Source: Gemmatimonadaceae bacterium (GTDB taxonomy: Bacteria > Gemmatimonadota > Gemmatimonadetes > Gemmatimonadales > Gemmatimonadaceae). Taken from it: DNA of 64,000 bases. The stretch lies in contig JBBDYC010000005.1 of assembly GCA_040901985.1 (NCBI GenBank), positions 56,423 through 120,422 of the forward strand, given 5' to 3'. A program made the position numbers and the translations under genes. The notes beneath the pieces are model-generated. The model saw nothing but the letters and a program-made list of their open reading frames with translations. It was not told the DNA's origin and ran no database searches. Position 1 is the first letter of the stretch; each line of letters starts with the position of its first letter. Below are positions 20,066-30,022 of this stretch, in pieces.

Positions 20066-20712
20066 ACTTCGCCCGCGAAGGCATCCCCTTCATCCTCATC
20101 GCGCTGGCGCTCGCCGCTGCCGGCTACACGCTCGCGCTGATGCGCCGCTCGTGGCCGCTCTGGCTCCTCGCGTTTGCGCTCACCGTCCTCGTGCTCTGGG
20201 TCGCCTACTTCTTCCGCGACCCCGAGCGCACCGGGGCACGCGGCGACCACCTCGTGATCTCGCCGGCCGACGGCCGCGTGATTGACATCCGCGAGGTGGA
20301 CGAGCCGGCGTTCCTCCAGGGACGGGCAATCCGGATCTCGGTCTTCATGAACATCTTCAACGTCCACGTGAATCGGTATCCGGTGGGCGGCACGGTCCAG
20401 TACGTCCATTACAATCCCGGCAGGTTCTTCAACGCCGCGGCCGAGAAGGCGTCGCTCGACAACGAGCAGATGTCGGTCGGCGTCCAGACGGCCACGCATC
20501 GGGTGCTCTTCCGGCAGATCGCCGGCCTGGTCGCGCGCCGCATCGTCACCTACAGCCGTGTCGGCGACGACGCCGAACAGGGGGAGCGCATGGGACTGAT
20601 CCGTTTCGGGTCGCGGGTGGACGTGTTCGTGCCGGTGGGCAGCACCGTCCGCGTGGAGCTCGGGCAGCGCCCAGTCGCCGGGACCACCGTGCTCGCCGAG
20701 CTGCCGCGATGA
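20062..20712 (+). CDS. psd: Phosphatidylserine decarboxylase proenzyme (short type)
   Basis: FFRDPER, SPADGRV, NVHVNR and the FGSRVD self-cleavage motif. Confidence 0.93.
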   Translation: MNFAREGIPFILIALALAAAGYTLALMRRSWPLWLLAFALTVLVLWVAYFFRDPERTGARGDHLVISPADGRVIDIREVDEPAFLQGRAIRISVFMNIFNVHVNRYPVGGTVQYVHYNPGRFFNAAAEKASLDNEQMSVGVQTATHRVLFRQIAGLVARRIVTYSRVGDDAEQGERMGLIRFGSRVDVFVPVGSTVRVELGQRPVAGTTVLAELPR

Positions 20713-21512
20713 TGGCCCGTCGCCGCTTTCCCCGCCCGTCGCTGGTGATGCTGCCCAACGGGTTCACGCTGGCCAACCTCTTCTTCGGCATCTTCGCAAT
20801 CGTCGCGTCATCGCGCGGCTATCACGTGCAGGCCGGCTGGTACATCGTCATCGGCGGCTTCTGCGACGTGCTCGATGGACGGATCGCCCGGGCCACCAAC
20901 ACCGGCAGCCCGTTCGGCGAGGAACTCGACTCGCTGGTGGACGCCATCTCGTTCGGCCTCGCGCCGGCGCTCATCATGTACTTCGCCGTGCTCCGGCACT
21001 CGGGCTGGGACTGGATCCTCGTCTTCCTCTTCTGCGCCTGCGCGGTGATGCGGCTGGCGCGCTTCAACGTCGAGTCGGCCGGGAAGAAGACGGCCTACTT
21101 CAAGGGACTGCCGACCCCCGCCGCCGGGGGCACGTTGGCCACGTACTACTGGTTCAGCCAGACGCCGCTGTACAACGAGACCTTCCTCGGGGCGTGGCCG
21201 TGGGAGGTCATCCTGCGCTTCCTGATGGTCGCCCTGAGCTTCCTGATGATCAGCAACGTCCCCTACCCGGGGTGGCCGAAGCTGTCGCTGCGCACGGTCC
21301 ACGGCGCGTCGGCGATCGTCGTCTTCATCGCCAGCATCTTCGCCCTGTTCTTCCTGCCGAAGGAATTCTTCTTCCCCTTCGGCGTGCTCTACGTGACGCT
21401 CGGCGTGATCCTCGCCGTCGCGCGCGGCGTGTTCGAACTCCCGTCGCCCTTCGACGACCCGGACGAGGTCGAGGCCGACGCCAACTCCCCCGACGAGGCC
21501 CGTCCCGCGTGA
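20709..21512 (+). CDS. pssA: CDP-diacylglycerol--serine O-phosphatidyltransferase
   Basis: PNGFT, DVLDGRIAR, GEELDSLVDAISFG, RLARFN and FKGLP. Confidence 0.92.
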   Translation: MMARRRFPRPSLVMLPNGFTLANLFFGIFAIVASSRGYHVQAGWYIVIGGFCDVLDGRIARATNTGSPFGEELDSLVDAISFGLAPALIMYFAVLRHSGWDWILVFLFCACAVMRLARFNVESAGKKTAYFKGLPTPAAGGTLATYYWFSQTPLYNETFLGAWPWEVILRFLMVALSFLMISNVPYPGWPKLSLRTVHGASAIVVFIASIFALFFLPKEFFFPFGVLYVTLGVILAVARGVFELPSPFDDPDEVEADANSPDEARPA

Positions 21513-21766
21513 CGCCGTTTCGAGTGTCCGTCCACATCGTGCCCCGTCGGGGGCTGCTCGATCCGCAGGGCAAGGCGGTCGCCGACGCGCTGCACACGCT
21601 CGGCTTCACCGGTGTCGGCGACGTGCACGTGGGGCGCCACCTGGTGATCGAGGTGCGGGCCGCCGACGCGCGCGGCGCCGAGGACGCGGTGCGCTCGATG
21701 TGCGAGCGCCTCCTCGCCAATCCGGTGACCGAGGACTTCGAGATTGCCGCGGTGACGGCCGCATGA
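21509..21766 (+). CDS. purS: FGAM synthetase subunit PurS
   Basis: GTG start, LLDPQGKAV and [14 protein letters not shown]. Confidence 0.94.
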   Translation: MTPFRVSVHIVPRRGLLDPQGKAVADALHTLGFTGVGDVHVGRHLVIEVRAADARGAEDAVRSMCERLLANPVTEDFEIAAVTAA

Positions 21767-22455
21767 AGGTCGGCGTCGTCACCTTCCCGGGGTCGAATTG
21801 CGACGAGGACGCGCTGCTCGCCGTGGTCGAGCACCTCGACGAGGAGGCGGTCCTCCTCTGGCACAAGGACCACGACCTGCAGGGAGCCGACGTCGTCATC
21901 CTGCCCGGCGGCTTCAGCTACGGCGACTATCTCCGCTCGGGCGCCATCGCCCGCTTCTCCCCGATCATGCGGGAAGTCGTCGCCCACGCGCGGCGGGGCG
22001 GACCGGTGATCGGCATCTGCAACGGATTCCAGATCGCCTGCGAGGCGGGACTCCTGCCGGGGGCGCTGCTCCGCAACGAGAGTCTGCAGTTCCGCTCGAT
22101 GCCGGTCACGCTCCGCGTCGAGACGACCGACACGGTGTTCACGCGGGCGGCGGCCGTCGGCGCGTGCCTGACGATGCCAATCGCCCACGGGGATGGCCGC
22201 TTCACCGCCGACGACGCCACGCTCGACCGCCTCGAGGGCGAGGGCCGCGTCGTCTTCCGGTACGTGGACGCCGACGGCAAGGCCACCGTGGCGGCCAACC
22301 CAAACGGCGCCCTGCGCAACATCGCCGGCATCGCCAACGAATCGGGAACCGTCGTCGGCCTGATGCCCCATCCCGAACGCGCCCTCGACCCGCTGCTCGG
22401 CAGCACCGACGGCCTGGTGCTCTTCCAAAGCCTTCTCGCGCACGTGCAGGTGTGA
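21763..22455 (+). CDS. purQ: FGAM synthetase glutaminase subunit
   Basis: [24 protein letters not shown] and MPHPER. Confidence 0.97.
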   Translation: MKVGVVTFPGSNCDEDALLAVVEHLDEEAVLLWHKDHDLQGADVVILPGGFSYGDYLRSGAIARFSPIMREVVAHARRGGPVIGICNGFQIACEAGLLPGALLRNESLQFRSMPVTLRVETTDTVFTRAAAVGACLTMPIAHGDGRFTADDATLDRLEGEGRVVFRYVDADGKATVAANPNGALRNIAGIANESGTVVGLMPHPERALDPLLGSTDGLVLFQSLLAHVQV

Positions 22456-22470
22456 GGGGCGCCGTTCCTC

Positions 22471-22496
22471 CCACCTTCCACCTTCCACCTCCCACC
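22471..22496 (+). repeat. Heptamer tandem repeat (CCACCTY)x3.7
   Basis: CCACCTT CCACCTT CCACCTC CCACC, between purQ and the zinc-finger gene. Confidence 0.8.
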
Positions 22497-22506
22497 GGCG
22501 GTCCCC

Positions 22507-22821
22507 ATGCCCATCGAGAACAAGCCATCGCGCAACGAGGACGAGTACTTCGTCAAGCAGGACGCCGAGTTGATCAAGGCGCAGCGCGCCAAGCTCGACG
22601 CCGAACGCGCCGCCGCCCAGCGCGCCGAGCACTATATGAAGTGCCCCAAGTGCGGGCACGACCTCGCCGAACAGGACTTCGGCCCGATCAAGGTGGACGC
22701 CTGCACCAACTGCCACGGGATGTGGCTCGACAGCGGCGAGATGGAGATGATCTCGCGCGTGCGGCCGAGCGCCGCCGGCGGGTTCGTCCGCGACCTCTTC
22801 AAGGGGTTCCGCGACAAGTGA
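22507..22821 (+). CDS. zf-TFIIB-like zinc-ribbon protein
   Basis: MKCPKCG...[16 protein letters not shown] after a charged N-terminal helix. Confidence 0.85.
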   Translation: MPIENKPSRNEDEYFVKQDAELIKAQRAKLDAERAAAQRAEHYMKCPKCGHDLAEQDFGPIKVDACTNCHGMWLDSGEMEMISRVRPSAAGGFVRDLFKGFRDK

Positions 22822-25127
22822 CCGCCACCCCCCGCCCCGGCGATCCGGTCATCACCCCTGCGTTGGTCGCCGAGCACGGCCTCACCACCGACGAGTACGA
22901 CCGCCTGGTCGCGATGCTCGGCCGCACGCCGACCTTCACCGAACTCGGCATCATCTCGGCGCTCTGGAGCGAGCACTGCTCGTATAAGCACTCACGGCCC
23001 GTCCTGAAGACGCTCCCGACCACGGCACCCTGGGTCCTCCAGGGACCGGGCGAGAATGCGGGCGTGATCAGCATCGGCGACGGCCTGGCGGTGGCCTTCA
23101 AGATCGAGTCGCACAACCATCCGTCGGCCGTCGAGCCCTACCAAGGCGCGGCGACCGGCGTCGGCGGCATCCTGCGGGACGTCTTTACGATGGGCGCCCG
23201 CCCGATCGCGATGCTCAACTCGCTGCGCTTCGGCTCGCTTGAGACGCCGCGCGTACGCTACCTCGTCGCCGGCGTCGTCAAGGGGATCGGCGACTACGGG
23301 AACTGCGTCGGCGTCCCGACCGTTGCCGGCGACGTGATGTTCGACGCCGCGTACGAGGGCAACCCCCTCGTCAACGCGATGTGCGTCGGCCTCCTCCGCG
23401 AGGAGGAACTCATCCGCGCCAAGGCCGAGGGGGTCGGCAATCCGGTCATCGCGGTCGGTGCCCGCACCGGGCGCGACGGCATCCACGGGGCGTCCTTTGC
23501 CTCCGAGGACCTCTCGGCGGAGAACGAGGCCAAGCGCCCGCGCGTACAGGTCGGCGACCCGTTCACCGAGAAGCTGCTCCTCGAGGCGTCCCTCGAGCTG
23601 ATCAGGAGCGGCCACATCGTTGCGATCCAGGATATGGGCGCCGCCGGCCTCACGTCGAGCTCCGCCGAGATGGCCGAGCGCGGCGACGTCGGCGTGACGA
23701 TTGACACGACCAAGGTCCCGGTGCGAGAGGAGGGAATGACGCCGTACGAAATCCTCCTCAGCGAATCGCAGGAACGGATGCTCGTGGTCGCCAAGCGCGG
23801 CCGCGACGCGCAGGTGAAGGCGATCCTCGCCAAGTGGGACCTCACCGCCGAGGTCATCGGCGAGGTCATCGCCGAGCCGGTCTATCGCGTCACCGAAGGC
23901 GATCACGTGGTGGCCGAGTTCCCCGGCACGCGCCTCGTCACCGACTGCCCGCAGTACCACCCGGCGGCCGTCGAGGGCGCCGACGCCATCGCCCGCCGGC
24001 AGCGCGACGTGCACGCGATTCCCGAGTTCCCGGCCGAGCGCGACCCGGCCTGGACGCTCGAACGCCTGTTGCGCTCGCCGACGATCGCCAGCAAGCTCTG
24101 GATCCATCGCCAGTACGACTCCACCGTGCGGACGAGCACCGTGCTCGGACCCGGCGGCGGCGATGCAGCGGTGCTCCGCATCCGTGGCACGCGCAAGGCG
24201 CTCGCCGTGAAAACCGACTGCAACGGACGCTATGTCTTCCTCGACCCACGCGTCGGCGGACGGATCGCGGTGGCCGAGTCGGCGCGCAACGTCGCCTGCG
24301 TCGGCGCCACGCCGCGCGCGATCACCAACTGCCTCAACTTCGGGAATCCGACGAAGCCCGACGTCTTCTTCCAGTTCCGGGAGGCCGTCCTCGGGATGGG
24401 CGACGCCTGCCGCGCCCTCGACACGCCGGTGACCGGCGGCAACGTCTCGCTCTACAACGAGAACCCCCAGGGCGCGGTCTATCCGACGCCGACGATCGGG
24501 ATGGTCGGCGTGCTCGAGGACGCGGCGCACGCCACCGGAATGGCGTTCTCCGCACCCGGCGACACCATCGTGCTGTTCGGCGACAACACCGCCGAGCTCG
24601 GCGGCACCGAGTACCTCGCCTGGATCCACGGCGTGGTCGCGGGCGCGCCGCCGGCCTGTGACCTCGAGGGCGAGCGGCGACTGATCGCCGCGCTCCTCCA
24701 GTGCATCCGCGCCGGCCACGTGCGCTCGGCGCACGACTGTTCCGAGGGCGGACTCGCGGTGGCGCTCGCCGAGAGCTGCGTCGCCGACCGCGCGGCGCTT
24801 CGCGGGCTCGACGTGGACCTCTCCGAGTGGCGGGCGCTGCCGCTCCGCGCCCTGCTCTTCGGCGAGGCACAGGGACGCGTCGTCCTCTCGGCGGCGGATC
24901 CGGCACCGTTGCTGCGGATCGCCAAGACGCATCGTGTGCCGGCGCGTGTGATCGGCCGCGTGACCGGGGCGCGCGACGGGTTCGCCATCACCACCGGCGG
25001 CGCGGCACTCAACGCCTCGGTCGAGCGCCTGGCCGAGGCGTACCACGAGGCCCTGCCCCGCGCGATGTCGCGCGCCCCGGCCGACGCGGTCACCGCGGAG
25101 CCAGCGATGACCGGAGGGCCCGCCTGA
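22818..25127 (+). CDS. purL: FGAM synthetase subunit PurL
   Basis: GTG start overlapping the upstream stop. [25 protein letters not shown] and HDCSEGG. Confidence 0.97.
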   Translation: MTATPRPGDPVITPALVAEHGLTTDEYDRLVAMLGRTPTFTELGIISALWSEHCSYKHSRPVLKTLPTTAPWVLQGPGENAGVISIGDGLAVAFKIESHNHPSAVEPYQGAATGVGGILRDVFTMGARPIAMLNSLRFGSLETPRVRYLVAGVVKGIGDYGNCVGVPTVAGDVMFDAAYEGNPLVNAMCVGLLREEELIRAKAEGVGNPVIAVGARTGRDGIHGASFASEDLSAENEAKRPRVQVGDPFTEKLLLEASLELIRSGHIVAIQDMGAAGLTSSSAEMAERGDVGVTIDTTKVPVREEGMTPYEILLSESQERMLVVAKRGRDAQVKAILAKWDLTAEVIGEVIAEPVYRVTEGDHVVAEFPGTRLVTDCPQYHPAAVEGADAIARRQRDVHAIPEFPAERDPAWTLERLLRSPTIASKLWIHRQYDSTVRTSTVLGPGGGDAAVLRIRGTRKALAVKTDCNGRYVFLDPRVGGRIAVAESARNVACVGATPRAITNCLNFGNPTKPDVFFQFREAVLGMGDACRALDTPVTGGNVSLYNENPQGAVYPTPTIGMVGVLEDAAHATGMAFSAPGDTIVLFGDNTAELGGTEYLAWIHGVVAGAPPACDLEGERRLIAALLQCIRAGHVRSAHDCSEGGLAVALAESCVADRAALRGLDVDLSEWRALPLRALLFGEAQGRVVLSAADPAPLLRIAKTHRVPARVIGRVTGARDGFAITTGGAALNASVERLAEAYHEALPRAMSRAPADAVTAEPAMTGGPA

Positions 25128-26500
25128 TGTGTGGCATCTTCGGCATCAGCGGGCATCCCAATGCCGCCGCGCTCACCCATCTCGGACTCTACTCGCTCCA
25201 GCACCGCGGCCAGGAGTCGGCGGGGATCATCGCCGTCAAGGACGGCGCAGTCAACGCCATCCGCGCAATGGGCCTCGTCTCCGACCAGTTCTCCACCGAG
25301 CGGATGGAGGCGCTCGCCGGCCCGGTCGCGATGGGACACACGCGCTACTCCACCGCCGGTTCCTCCACCATCGAGAACGCCCAACCGGCGCTCGTCCGCT
25401 TCAAGGGCGGCCATATCGCCCTGGCGCACAACGGCAACCTGATCAACGCCGTCGAGCTTCGGACGGCCTTGGAGGACGAGGGCTCGATCTTCAGCTCGAA
25501 CGCCGACTCCGAGGTCGTGGTGCACCGGCTGGCCAAGTCGAAGGCGGTGACGCCGGAGGAGAAACTCGCTGAGGCGCTGGAGGGCGTGGAGGGCGCGTAC
25601 TCACTCCTCGTGATCATCGGCGAGACGCTCGTCGCGGCGCGCGACCCCTTCGGCTGGCGCCCGCTGGTGATGGGGCGCCTCAATGGCGCAATCGTCTTTG
25701 CCTCGGAGACCTGCGCGCTGGACATCGTCGGCGCGACGGTCGAGCGCGAGGTGCTGCCCGGCGAGATCATCGCCGTCGCGCCGGACGGGACGACACGCAC
25801 GCTCCGTCGCGCGCCGGCCGCCAAGCTGCACCGATGCGTCTTCGAGTACGTGTACTTCGCCCGCCCCGACTCCCGCGTCTTCGGCGGGTCGGTGGACCGC
25901 GCGCGCCGCGCGCTCGGCCGACAACTGGCGCTCGAACACCCGGCGCCGGGCGCCGACCTCGTCTTTGCCGTCCCCGACTCGTCCAACTCGGCGGCCCTCG
26001 GCTTTGCCGAGGCCAGCGGACTCCCCTATGAGTTGGCGTTGATCCGCAATCACTATGTGGGCCGCACGTTCATCCAGCCCACGCAGGAGGGTCGCGACGC
26101 GAAGGTCAAGGTCAAGTACAACCCGGTCCGCGAGATCGTGGCCGGACGGTCGGTCGTGATGGTGGACGACTCGATCGTCCGCGGCACGACCACGCGCGGA
26201 CTGGTCGCGCTCGTTCGCGCCGCCGGCGCGCGCGAGGTCCATCTGCGCATCTCGTCGCCCCCGATCACCGGGCCCTGTTACTACGGCATTGACACACCGG
26301 ATCGCAGCCAGCTGATTGCCGCGAACCTCAGTGTGGCCAAGATTGCCGATCAGTTGGCGGTGGATTCGATCGGCTATCTCTCGCTCGACGGGATGCTGGG
26401 CGCGGTGCCGAACGGGCCGGACGGATTCTGCCACGCCTGCTTCTCCGGCCAGTACCCGACGAAGCCCCCCGCCGGACCCGCGCAGTTGCGGCGCGCCTAG
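25127..26500 (+). CDS. purF: Amidophosphoribosyltransferase
   Basis: N-terminal MCGIFG nucleophile, LQHRGQES, VDDSIVRGTT and CYYGID. Confidence 0.97.
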   Translation: MCGIFGISGHPNAAALTHLGLYSLQHRGQESAGIIAVKDGAVNAIRAMGLVSDQFSTERMEALAGPVAMGHTRYSTAGSSTIENAQPALVRFKGGHIALAHNGNLINAVELRTALEDEGSIFSSNADSEVVVHRLAKSKAVTPEEKLAEALEGVEGAYSLLVIIGETLVAARDPFGWRPLVMGRLNGAIVFASETCALDIVGATVEREVLPGEIIAVAPDGTTRTLRRAPAAKLHRCVFEYVYFARPDSRVFGGSVDRARRALGRQLALEHPAPGADLVFAVPDSSNSAALGFAEASGLPYELALIRNHYVGRTFIQPTQEGRDAKVKVKYNPVREIVAGRSVVMVDDSIVRGTTTRGLVALVRAAGAREVHLRISSPPITGPCYYGIDTPDRSQLIAANLSVAKIADQLAVDSIGYLSLDGMLGAVPNGPDGFCHACFSGQYPTKPPAGPAQLRRA

Positions 26501-26504
26501 GGCG

Positions 26505-26888
26505 ATGCGCAAGCCCGTCCATAGCCCCGACGCGCCCGCGGCAATTGGACCGTACTCGCAGGCCGTCTGGTCGGGCGACGAACTCCTCTGCTCGGGCCAG
26601 ACGCCGATTGACCCGGGGAGCGGGCGGCTCATTGTCGGCGATGTCGCGGCGCAGACGAACCAAGTCTTTGACAACCTGGGGGCCGTGTTGCGCGAGGCCG
26701 GGCTGACGATGGACGACGTCATCAAGTGCAACGTCTATTTGACGGACATGCGCGATTTTCCGGCGATGAATGCCGCATACGAGGCGCGGTTCGCCGCGCC
26801 CTACCCTGCGCGCACGACGGTCGCGGTCGCCGGGCTTCCCCTCGGCGCGCGAGTGGAGATCGAGCTCGTTGCGCGTCGGCCCCGCTGA
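26505..26888 (+). CDS. RidA/YjgF family enamine/imine deaminase
   Basis: APAAIGPYSQA, SGQTP, PARTTVAV and VEIE. Confidence 0.92.
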   Translation: MRKPVHSPDAPAAIGPYSQAVWSGDELLCSGQTPIDPGSGRLIVGDVAAQTNQVFDNLGAVLREAGLTMDDVIKCNVYLTDMRDFPAMNAAYEARFAAPYPARTTVAVAGLPLGARVEIELVARRPR

Positions 26889-26900
26889 CCAAGGACGCGC

Positions 26901-28100
26901 GTGAGCCCCGACGCCGGTGCGTCATCGGCGCGGGAGGTCGTCACCGCATTCGCGCAGCTCGGGCTCACCGGTTTCGGCGGACCGATCGCCCACGTGGGCC
27001 ATTTCCATCGCGAGTTCGTCCAGCGTCGCCGCTGGCTCGACGACGCGGAGTTCGCCAACCTCGTGGCCCTCTGTCAGTCGCTGCCCGGACCGGCGAGCAG
27101 TCAACTCGGGTTCGCCATCGGCCTGCGGCGCGCCGGATGGCCCGGCGCGCTCGGGGCGTTCGTCGCGTTCACCCTGCCGTCGGCGCTCCTCCTGCTGGCG
27201 CTCGCGGCCGGCGCGTCGTGGATGGACCGGGGTGTCGGGCCGATGCTGTCGCACGGGCTCAAGCTCGTGGCCGTCGCGATCGTGGCGCACGGCGTGCTGC
27301 AACTCGCCCGACGCCTGACCCCCGATGCCCGTCGCGGCGCGATTGCAGTCGTCGGCCTCGCCGCGATGGTGTTCGTGGGCAGCGCCTGGATGCAGGTGGC
27401 CGTGATCGCGGCGGGGGCGCTGGTCGGAGTGGTGTTGCTGCGCGACGCGCCGCCGCTCGCCGGTCGGTCGGGGCCGGCGTCCGTGAGCCGCCGGGCGGCT
27501 TGGGTGGCGCTGATCGCCTTTGGGGTCGGGACCGGCGCGGCCGTGGCGTGGGCGTCGGCCGATCCGGGAATCGCGAGCGTGTTCGCAGCCTTCTGGCGAG
27601 CCGGCTCGCTGGTCTTTGGCGGGGGCCACGTCGTCCTCCCGCTCCTCGAGGAATCGCTCGTCGGTAGCGGGTGGATCACGCCCGAGCGCTTCCTGACCGC
27701 GTACGGCGCCGCCCAGGCGATTCCCGGCCCGATGTTCTCGGTGGCGGCGTTCTTTGGCGCCGACGCCGCCGTCGGGGTCCCGCCGGCGGTCGGGGCGCTC
27801 GTCGCCACACTGGCGGTCTTTGCGCCGGGATTCCTGTTGTTCGTCGCCGTGCTTCCGGCCTGGGACCGGTTCGCAACGTCGGCAGGCGCCTCCCGTGCGG
27901 TGGCCGGCATCGGGGCGGCCGTCGTCGGGCTCCTCGGCGCCGCATTCGTGGACCCCGTCCTGTCGAGCGGAATCACCGGCGTGACCGATGCCGTGATTGC
28001 CGCCACTGGGTTCGCGTTGCTCGTCCGTGACCGGGCGACCCCCTGGGTCGTGGCGTGGTGCGTTGCGGCGGCGGCCCTCGCCGGCCTGATCGGCATCTGA
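26901..28100 (+). CDS. chrA: Chromate efflux transporter (long-chain CHR)
   Basis: LGLTGFGGP, CQSLPGPASSQ, GSLVFGGGHVVLP and AQAIPGP. Confidence 0.92.
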   Translation: MSPDAGASSAREVVTAFAQLGLTGFGGPIAHVGHFHREFVQRRRWLDDAEFANLVALCQSLPGPASSQLGFAIGLRRAGWPGALGAFVAFTLPSALLLLALAAGASWMDRGVGPMLSHGLKLVAVAIVAHGVLQLARRLTPDARRGAIAVVGLAAMVFVGSAWMQVAVIAAGALVGVVLLRDAPPLAGRSGPASVSRRAAWVALIAFGVGTGAAVAWASADPGIASVFAAFWRAGSLVFGGGHVVLPLLEESLVGSGWITPERFLTAYGAAQAIPGPMFSVAAFFGADAAVGVPPAVGALVATLAVFAPGFLLFVAVLPAWDRFATSAGASRAVAGIGAAVVGLLGAAFVDPVLSSGITGVTDAVIAATGFALLVRDRATPWVVAWCVAAAALAGLIGI

Positions 28101-28134
28101 CCGTTGGCGTGCTTGGCATCTGACCGTCGGCGTG
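28092..28134 (+). repeat. 20-bp direct repeat (1 mismatch) duplicating the chrA 3' end
   Basis: GGCATCTGACCGTTGGCGTG (28092-28111) and GGCATCTGACCGTCGGCGTG (28115-28134). Confidence 0.8.
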
Positions 28135-28145
28135 GCGGGGGGGGG

Positions 28146-28177
28146 TTGCGTTAATCAACATTTCTTGATATGTTGAT
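28146..28177 (+). promoter_or_regulatory. ars promoter with overlapping ArsR-type operator
   Basis: TTGCGT(28146)-N17-TATGTT(28169), 5 nt before ATG. Also ATCAA-N6-TTGAT (28154-28169) and an ATCAACAT-N8-ATGTTGAT palindrome (28154-28177). Confidence 0.75.
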
Positions 28178-28179
28178 GT

Positions 28180-28518
28180 ATGGTCACTTCGACGGCAGCC
28201 CTCGATCTGAGCCTCTCGCGGCACGCGGCGATCTTTCACGCCCTCAGCGATCCGCGACGGCTCCGCATCCTCGACCTCCTCCGCTCCGGCGAGCAGTGCG
28301 TCTGCGACCTGCAGGCTGACCTCGACTGCGGCCAGTCGCTGCTCTCGTTCCATCTCAAGACCCTCCGCGACTCCGGCTTGGTCTCGTTGCGCAAGGAGGG
28401 GCGCTGGTCGCACTACGCCATCGTCCCCGACGCGCTCGTCCACGCCGAGCAGGCGGTCGCCGCGTATCGTGTGCCCAGCCAGCAGCGGCGCCGGCTTCCG
28501 GTGGCCTGCTGCGCCTGA
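28180..28518 (+). CDS. arsR: ArsR/SmtB family arsenite-responsive repressor
   Basis: FHALSDPRRLRIL, EQCVCDL, SFHLKTLRDSGLV and a C-terminal CC. Confidence 0.9.
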   Translation: MVTSTAALDLSLSRHAAIFHALSDPRRLRILDLLRSGEQCVCDLQADLDCGQSLLSFHLKTLRDSGLVSLRKEGRWSHYAIVPDALVHAEQAVAAYRVPSQQRRRLPVACCA

Positions 28519-28580
28519 CCTTCCACTGAACCCGTTCGGCCGTCGTTTCACTCATCCCCAACCCATCAAGGAAACTCGAT

Positions 28581-29501
28581 ATGTCGCCTTCGCTCGCCTC
28601 CTCGTCCCCCGCCAAGACGCAGAACACGCCGTGCTGTGGACCCGACTGTTGCGGCAATGACGCCGCCGCCACCGCCGCCGACGTCCACGCGGTCGTCCGA
28701 GCCCGTTACGGCGCCACCGCCGCCGCCTTTGCCAGCGGCCAGACCTCCTCCTGTGGCTGCGGTGGCGGCTGCGGTCCGGGCGACGGCAAGGACCCGATCA
28801 CCACCGACCTCTACGATGCCGCTGAGGTCCAGGGCATCCCGGCCTCGGCGGTGCTCGCGTCGCTGGGATGCGGCAACCCGACGGCGCTCGCGGCACTCGG
28901 CGAAGGCGAGACCGTCCTCGACCTCGGCTCGGGCGGCGGCATTGACGTCCTCCTCTCCGCCCAGCGTGTCGGGCCCACCGGGTTCGTCTATGGGCTCGAT
29001 ATGACCGACGAGATGCTCGACCTCGCACGGCGCAACGCCGCGGCGGCGGCGGTCAAGAACGTCGCCTTCCTGAAGGGCCAGATCGAGCAGATCCCCCTCC
29101 CCGACAACTCCGTGGACGTGATCATCTCGAATTGCGTGATCAACCTCGCCGTGGACAAGCCGCAGGTCCTCCGTGAGGCGTTCCGGGTGCTGAAGCCGGG
29201 CGGTCGCTTCGCGGTCAGCGACGTCGTCGTCCGCGGCGAGATGCCGGTCGACGTCCGCAAGTCCATGGAGCTCTGGGTCGGGTGCATCGCCGGGGCGCTC
29301 GAGGAGCAGGAGTTTCTGCGCCTGCTCTCGGAGGTCGGCTTCCTCAGTCCGTCAATCGAGCCGACCCGCGTCTACCAGGCGGAAGACGCGCGCGCCTTCC
29401 TGAAGGACGCGGGACTCGACGCCGACCGGGTATCGTCCGACATTGATGGGGCATTCTGCTCCGCCTTTGTCCGCGCCATCAAGCCGGGAACCCCCAGGTG
29501 A
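28581..29501 (+). CDS. arsM: Arsenite S-adenosylmethionine methyltransferase
   Basis: SLGCGNP, VLDLGSGGGID, IISNCVINL and WVGCIAGAL, with a Cys-rich N-terminus. Confidence 0.93.
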   Translation: MSPSLASSSPAKTQNTPCCGPDCCGNDAAATAADVHAVVRARYGATAAAFASGQTSSCGCGGGCGPGDGKDPITTDLYDAAEVQGIPASAVLASLGCGNPTALAALGEGETVLDLGSGGGIDVLLSAQRVGPTGFVYGLDMTDEMLDLARRNAAAAAVKNVAFLKGQIEQIPLPDNSVDVIISNCVINLAVDKPQVLREAFRVLKPGGRFAVSDVVVRGEMPVDVRKSMELWVGCIAGALEEQEFLRLLSEVGFLSPSIEPTRVYQAEDARAFLKDAGLDADRVSSDIDGAFCSAFVRAIKPGTPR

Positions 29502-29950
29502 TCAACGTGTCCACGACCGACATTCCGATCCGTCCCGCCACGGCGGCGGACGGTCCGGCGGTGCGAGCCCTGCTGCTGGGCGCGTCGTTGCCTCTCGACG
29601 GCGTGCCCGACGACGTGGCAAACTTCATTGTCGCCGAGCGCGGCGGCCAGGTCGTGGGCGCAATCGGACTTGAGCGCCACGGCGCGGTCGGCCTGCTGCG
29701 GTCGGCCGTCGTCTCGCCCAGCGCCCGCGGCACCGGGATCGGCGAGGCGCTTGTCCGCGCGCTGCTCGCACAGGCACGCACCGACGCCATCACCGAGCTC
29801 GTGCTCCTGACGACGACTGCCGACCGGTGGTTCCCCCGCTTCGGCTTCGCGCCAATTGCGCGTCACGACGTGCCCGCGGCGCTCGGCGCGTCGGCCGAGT
29901 TGCGCGGCGCCTGCCCGGCCAGCGCCGTGGTGATGCGCCGGACGCTCTAG
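29498..29950 (+). CDS. arsN2: GNAT acetyltransferase, ArsN2-like
   Basis: GLLRSAVV, RGTGIG, LLTTTADRWF and SAELRGACPASAVVM, in an ars operon context. Confidence 0.78.
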   Translation: MINVSTTDIPIRPATAADGPAVRALLLGASLPLDGVPDDVANFIVAERGGQVVGAIGLERHGAVGLLRSAVVSPSARGTGIGEALVRALLAQARTDAITELVLLTTTADRWFPRFGFAPIARHDVPAALGASAELRGACPASAVVMRRTL

Positions 29951-29952
29951 AC

Positions 29953-29988
29953 GTGAAAAGGGGCCGCCCGAACGGGCGGCCCTTTCAC
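29953..29988. terminator. Probable bidirectional intrinsic terminator between the ars operon and ssrA
   Basis: GTGAAAAGGGGCCGCCC-GAAC-GGGCGGCCCTTTCAC hairpin with A/T-rich flanks, between convergent genes. Confidence 0.75.
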
Positions 29989-30022
29989 ACGCTTCACCTT
30001 TCGCCTTGCGCCAGCCGTTCAG

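Noticed and set aside
28581..29950. Arsinothricin biosynthesis cluster
   Set aside because: There is no radical-SAM arsL next to arsM, and the GNAT looks like ArsN2 rather than ArsN1.
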